The position numbers and the translations under genes were made by a program. A DNA stretch of 64,000 bases from Leucoraja ocellata. Lineage: Eukaryota. The notes below the pieces were generated by a model. That model did not search any database. It was given only the letters and a program-made list of their open reading frames with translations, and had not been told where the DNA came from. The stretch lies in the NCBI GenBank assembly GCA_036785375.1, contig JAWMAR010000253.1:2418001-2482000 (forward strand), given 5' to 3'. Positions 63,173 to 64,000 of the stretch are shown here, one piece after another (positions within the stretch are counted from its first letter, which is position 1; the number at the start of each line of letters is the position of its first letter).

Positions 63173-63669
63173 ACGGCCTGTCCCACGAGCATGCGACCTA
63201 ACGTGGTCACATGAGTTGTACAGCCTCGCGGGGCTGGTCCCACTTTGATCGCCGGAGCCGTATGGAGTTGTGCGGGGCTGGTCCCGAAATTGCGCGGGGC
63301 TCCGAAAAACTGACACTGTCCAAAAATTCCGCGTGGCAAAGGCCTGTCGGCCCGCAGCCGCATTGAGGCCGTATGCAGCGCCTCGACGGGCGTATGCAGC
63401 CTCTCGACGCTGTACGCCCAGCACGTGGCGTTGCGCGATGATGTCACCGCCCGGCGTACCGTTGCGCGATGACGTAACCGCCCGACGTCCAAATTCAGCC
63501 GGCTCGCCCTGTGTCCAGCTGATTGGTGAGTATGATGTTCGGGACCAGCCCCCAACTACAGGCGGCTCTGCGGTTGGAAGCGGGACCAGCCCCGCAAGGC
63601 CGTACGCCTCAAGCCACCACGTTTGGACGCGCTAGACGCATGCAATCTCATGCTGGTGGGACAGGCCCT
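63173..63669. mobile_element. PIF/Harbinger-type MITE inside an HE1-type SINE
   Basis: TIR A(C/G)GGCCTGTCCCAC, TAA duplication, GC-rich palindromic interior; SINE resumes at 63673. Confidence 0.82.
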
Positions 63670-64000
63670 TAAAGCACCAGAGATCCGCTATTCGATTGTG
63701 ACTATGGTGCTGTCTGTACGGAATGTGTACATTCTCTGTGTGACCACTTGGGTTTTCTCCAGGTGCTCCGGTTTCCCTCCACATTCCAAAGATGTACAGG
63801 TTTGTAGATGAATTGGCTGCTGTAAATTGTCCCTACTGCTAGTGTATAAGGGTGATCACTGGTCAGCTCGCACTTTGTGGGCCGAATGGCCAGTTTCCAT
63901 GTTGTATCTCGAAAATTTAAAGTCTAAAAGGTACCAACTGGCAAAGCCACAGATCGATCCCACAATGAACACAAGAATGGACCTTTCTGCCTTTGTGACT

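Overview
Repeat-rich vertebrate genomic DNA, most likely a cartilaginous fish (skate/ray-like; inferred from HE1-type V-SINEs, CR1 LINEs and Penelope-type repeats). Most ORF-track entries are retroelement fragments or their antisense frames. Main structure: (1) a large inverted duplication, left arm <=1-18724 and right arm 34276->=51899. Each arm carries a CD2/SLAM-family receptor gene (IgV, IgC2, TM exons) pointing outward, and the two IgV exons have diverged mostly by amino-acid changes. (2) A chain of small, phase-compatible minus-strand exons (30233 to 16482) encoding the C-terminus of a protein I cannot identify; the ORF track misses it. (3) An internally deleted class I (gamma/epsilon-like) endogenous retrovirus at 18725-23083 with a tRNA-Leu PBS and no target-site duplication. 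It sits exactly at the inner end of the left arm, and its leader holds three tandem stem-loops with covarying pairs. (4) Many CR1, L2, Rex1/Babar, Penelope, SINE and non-autonomous DNA transposon insertions, several hitting the same position of a SINE head. A 200-N gap (30234-30433) lies between the arms, so arm orientation and spacing, and paralogy versus haplotype, need independent confirmation.
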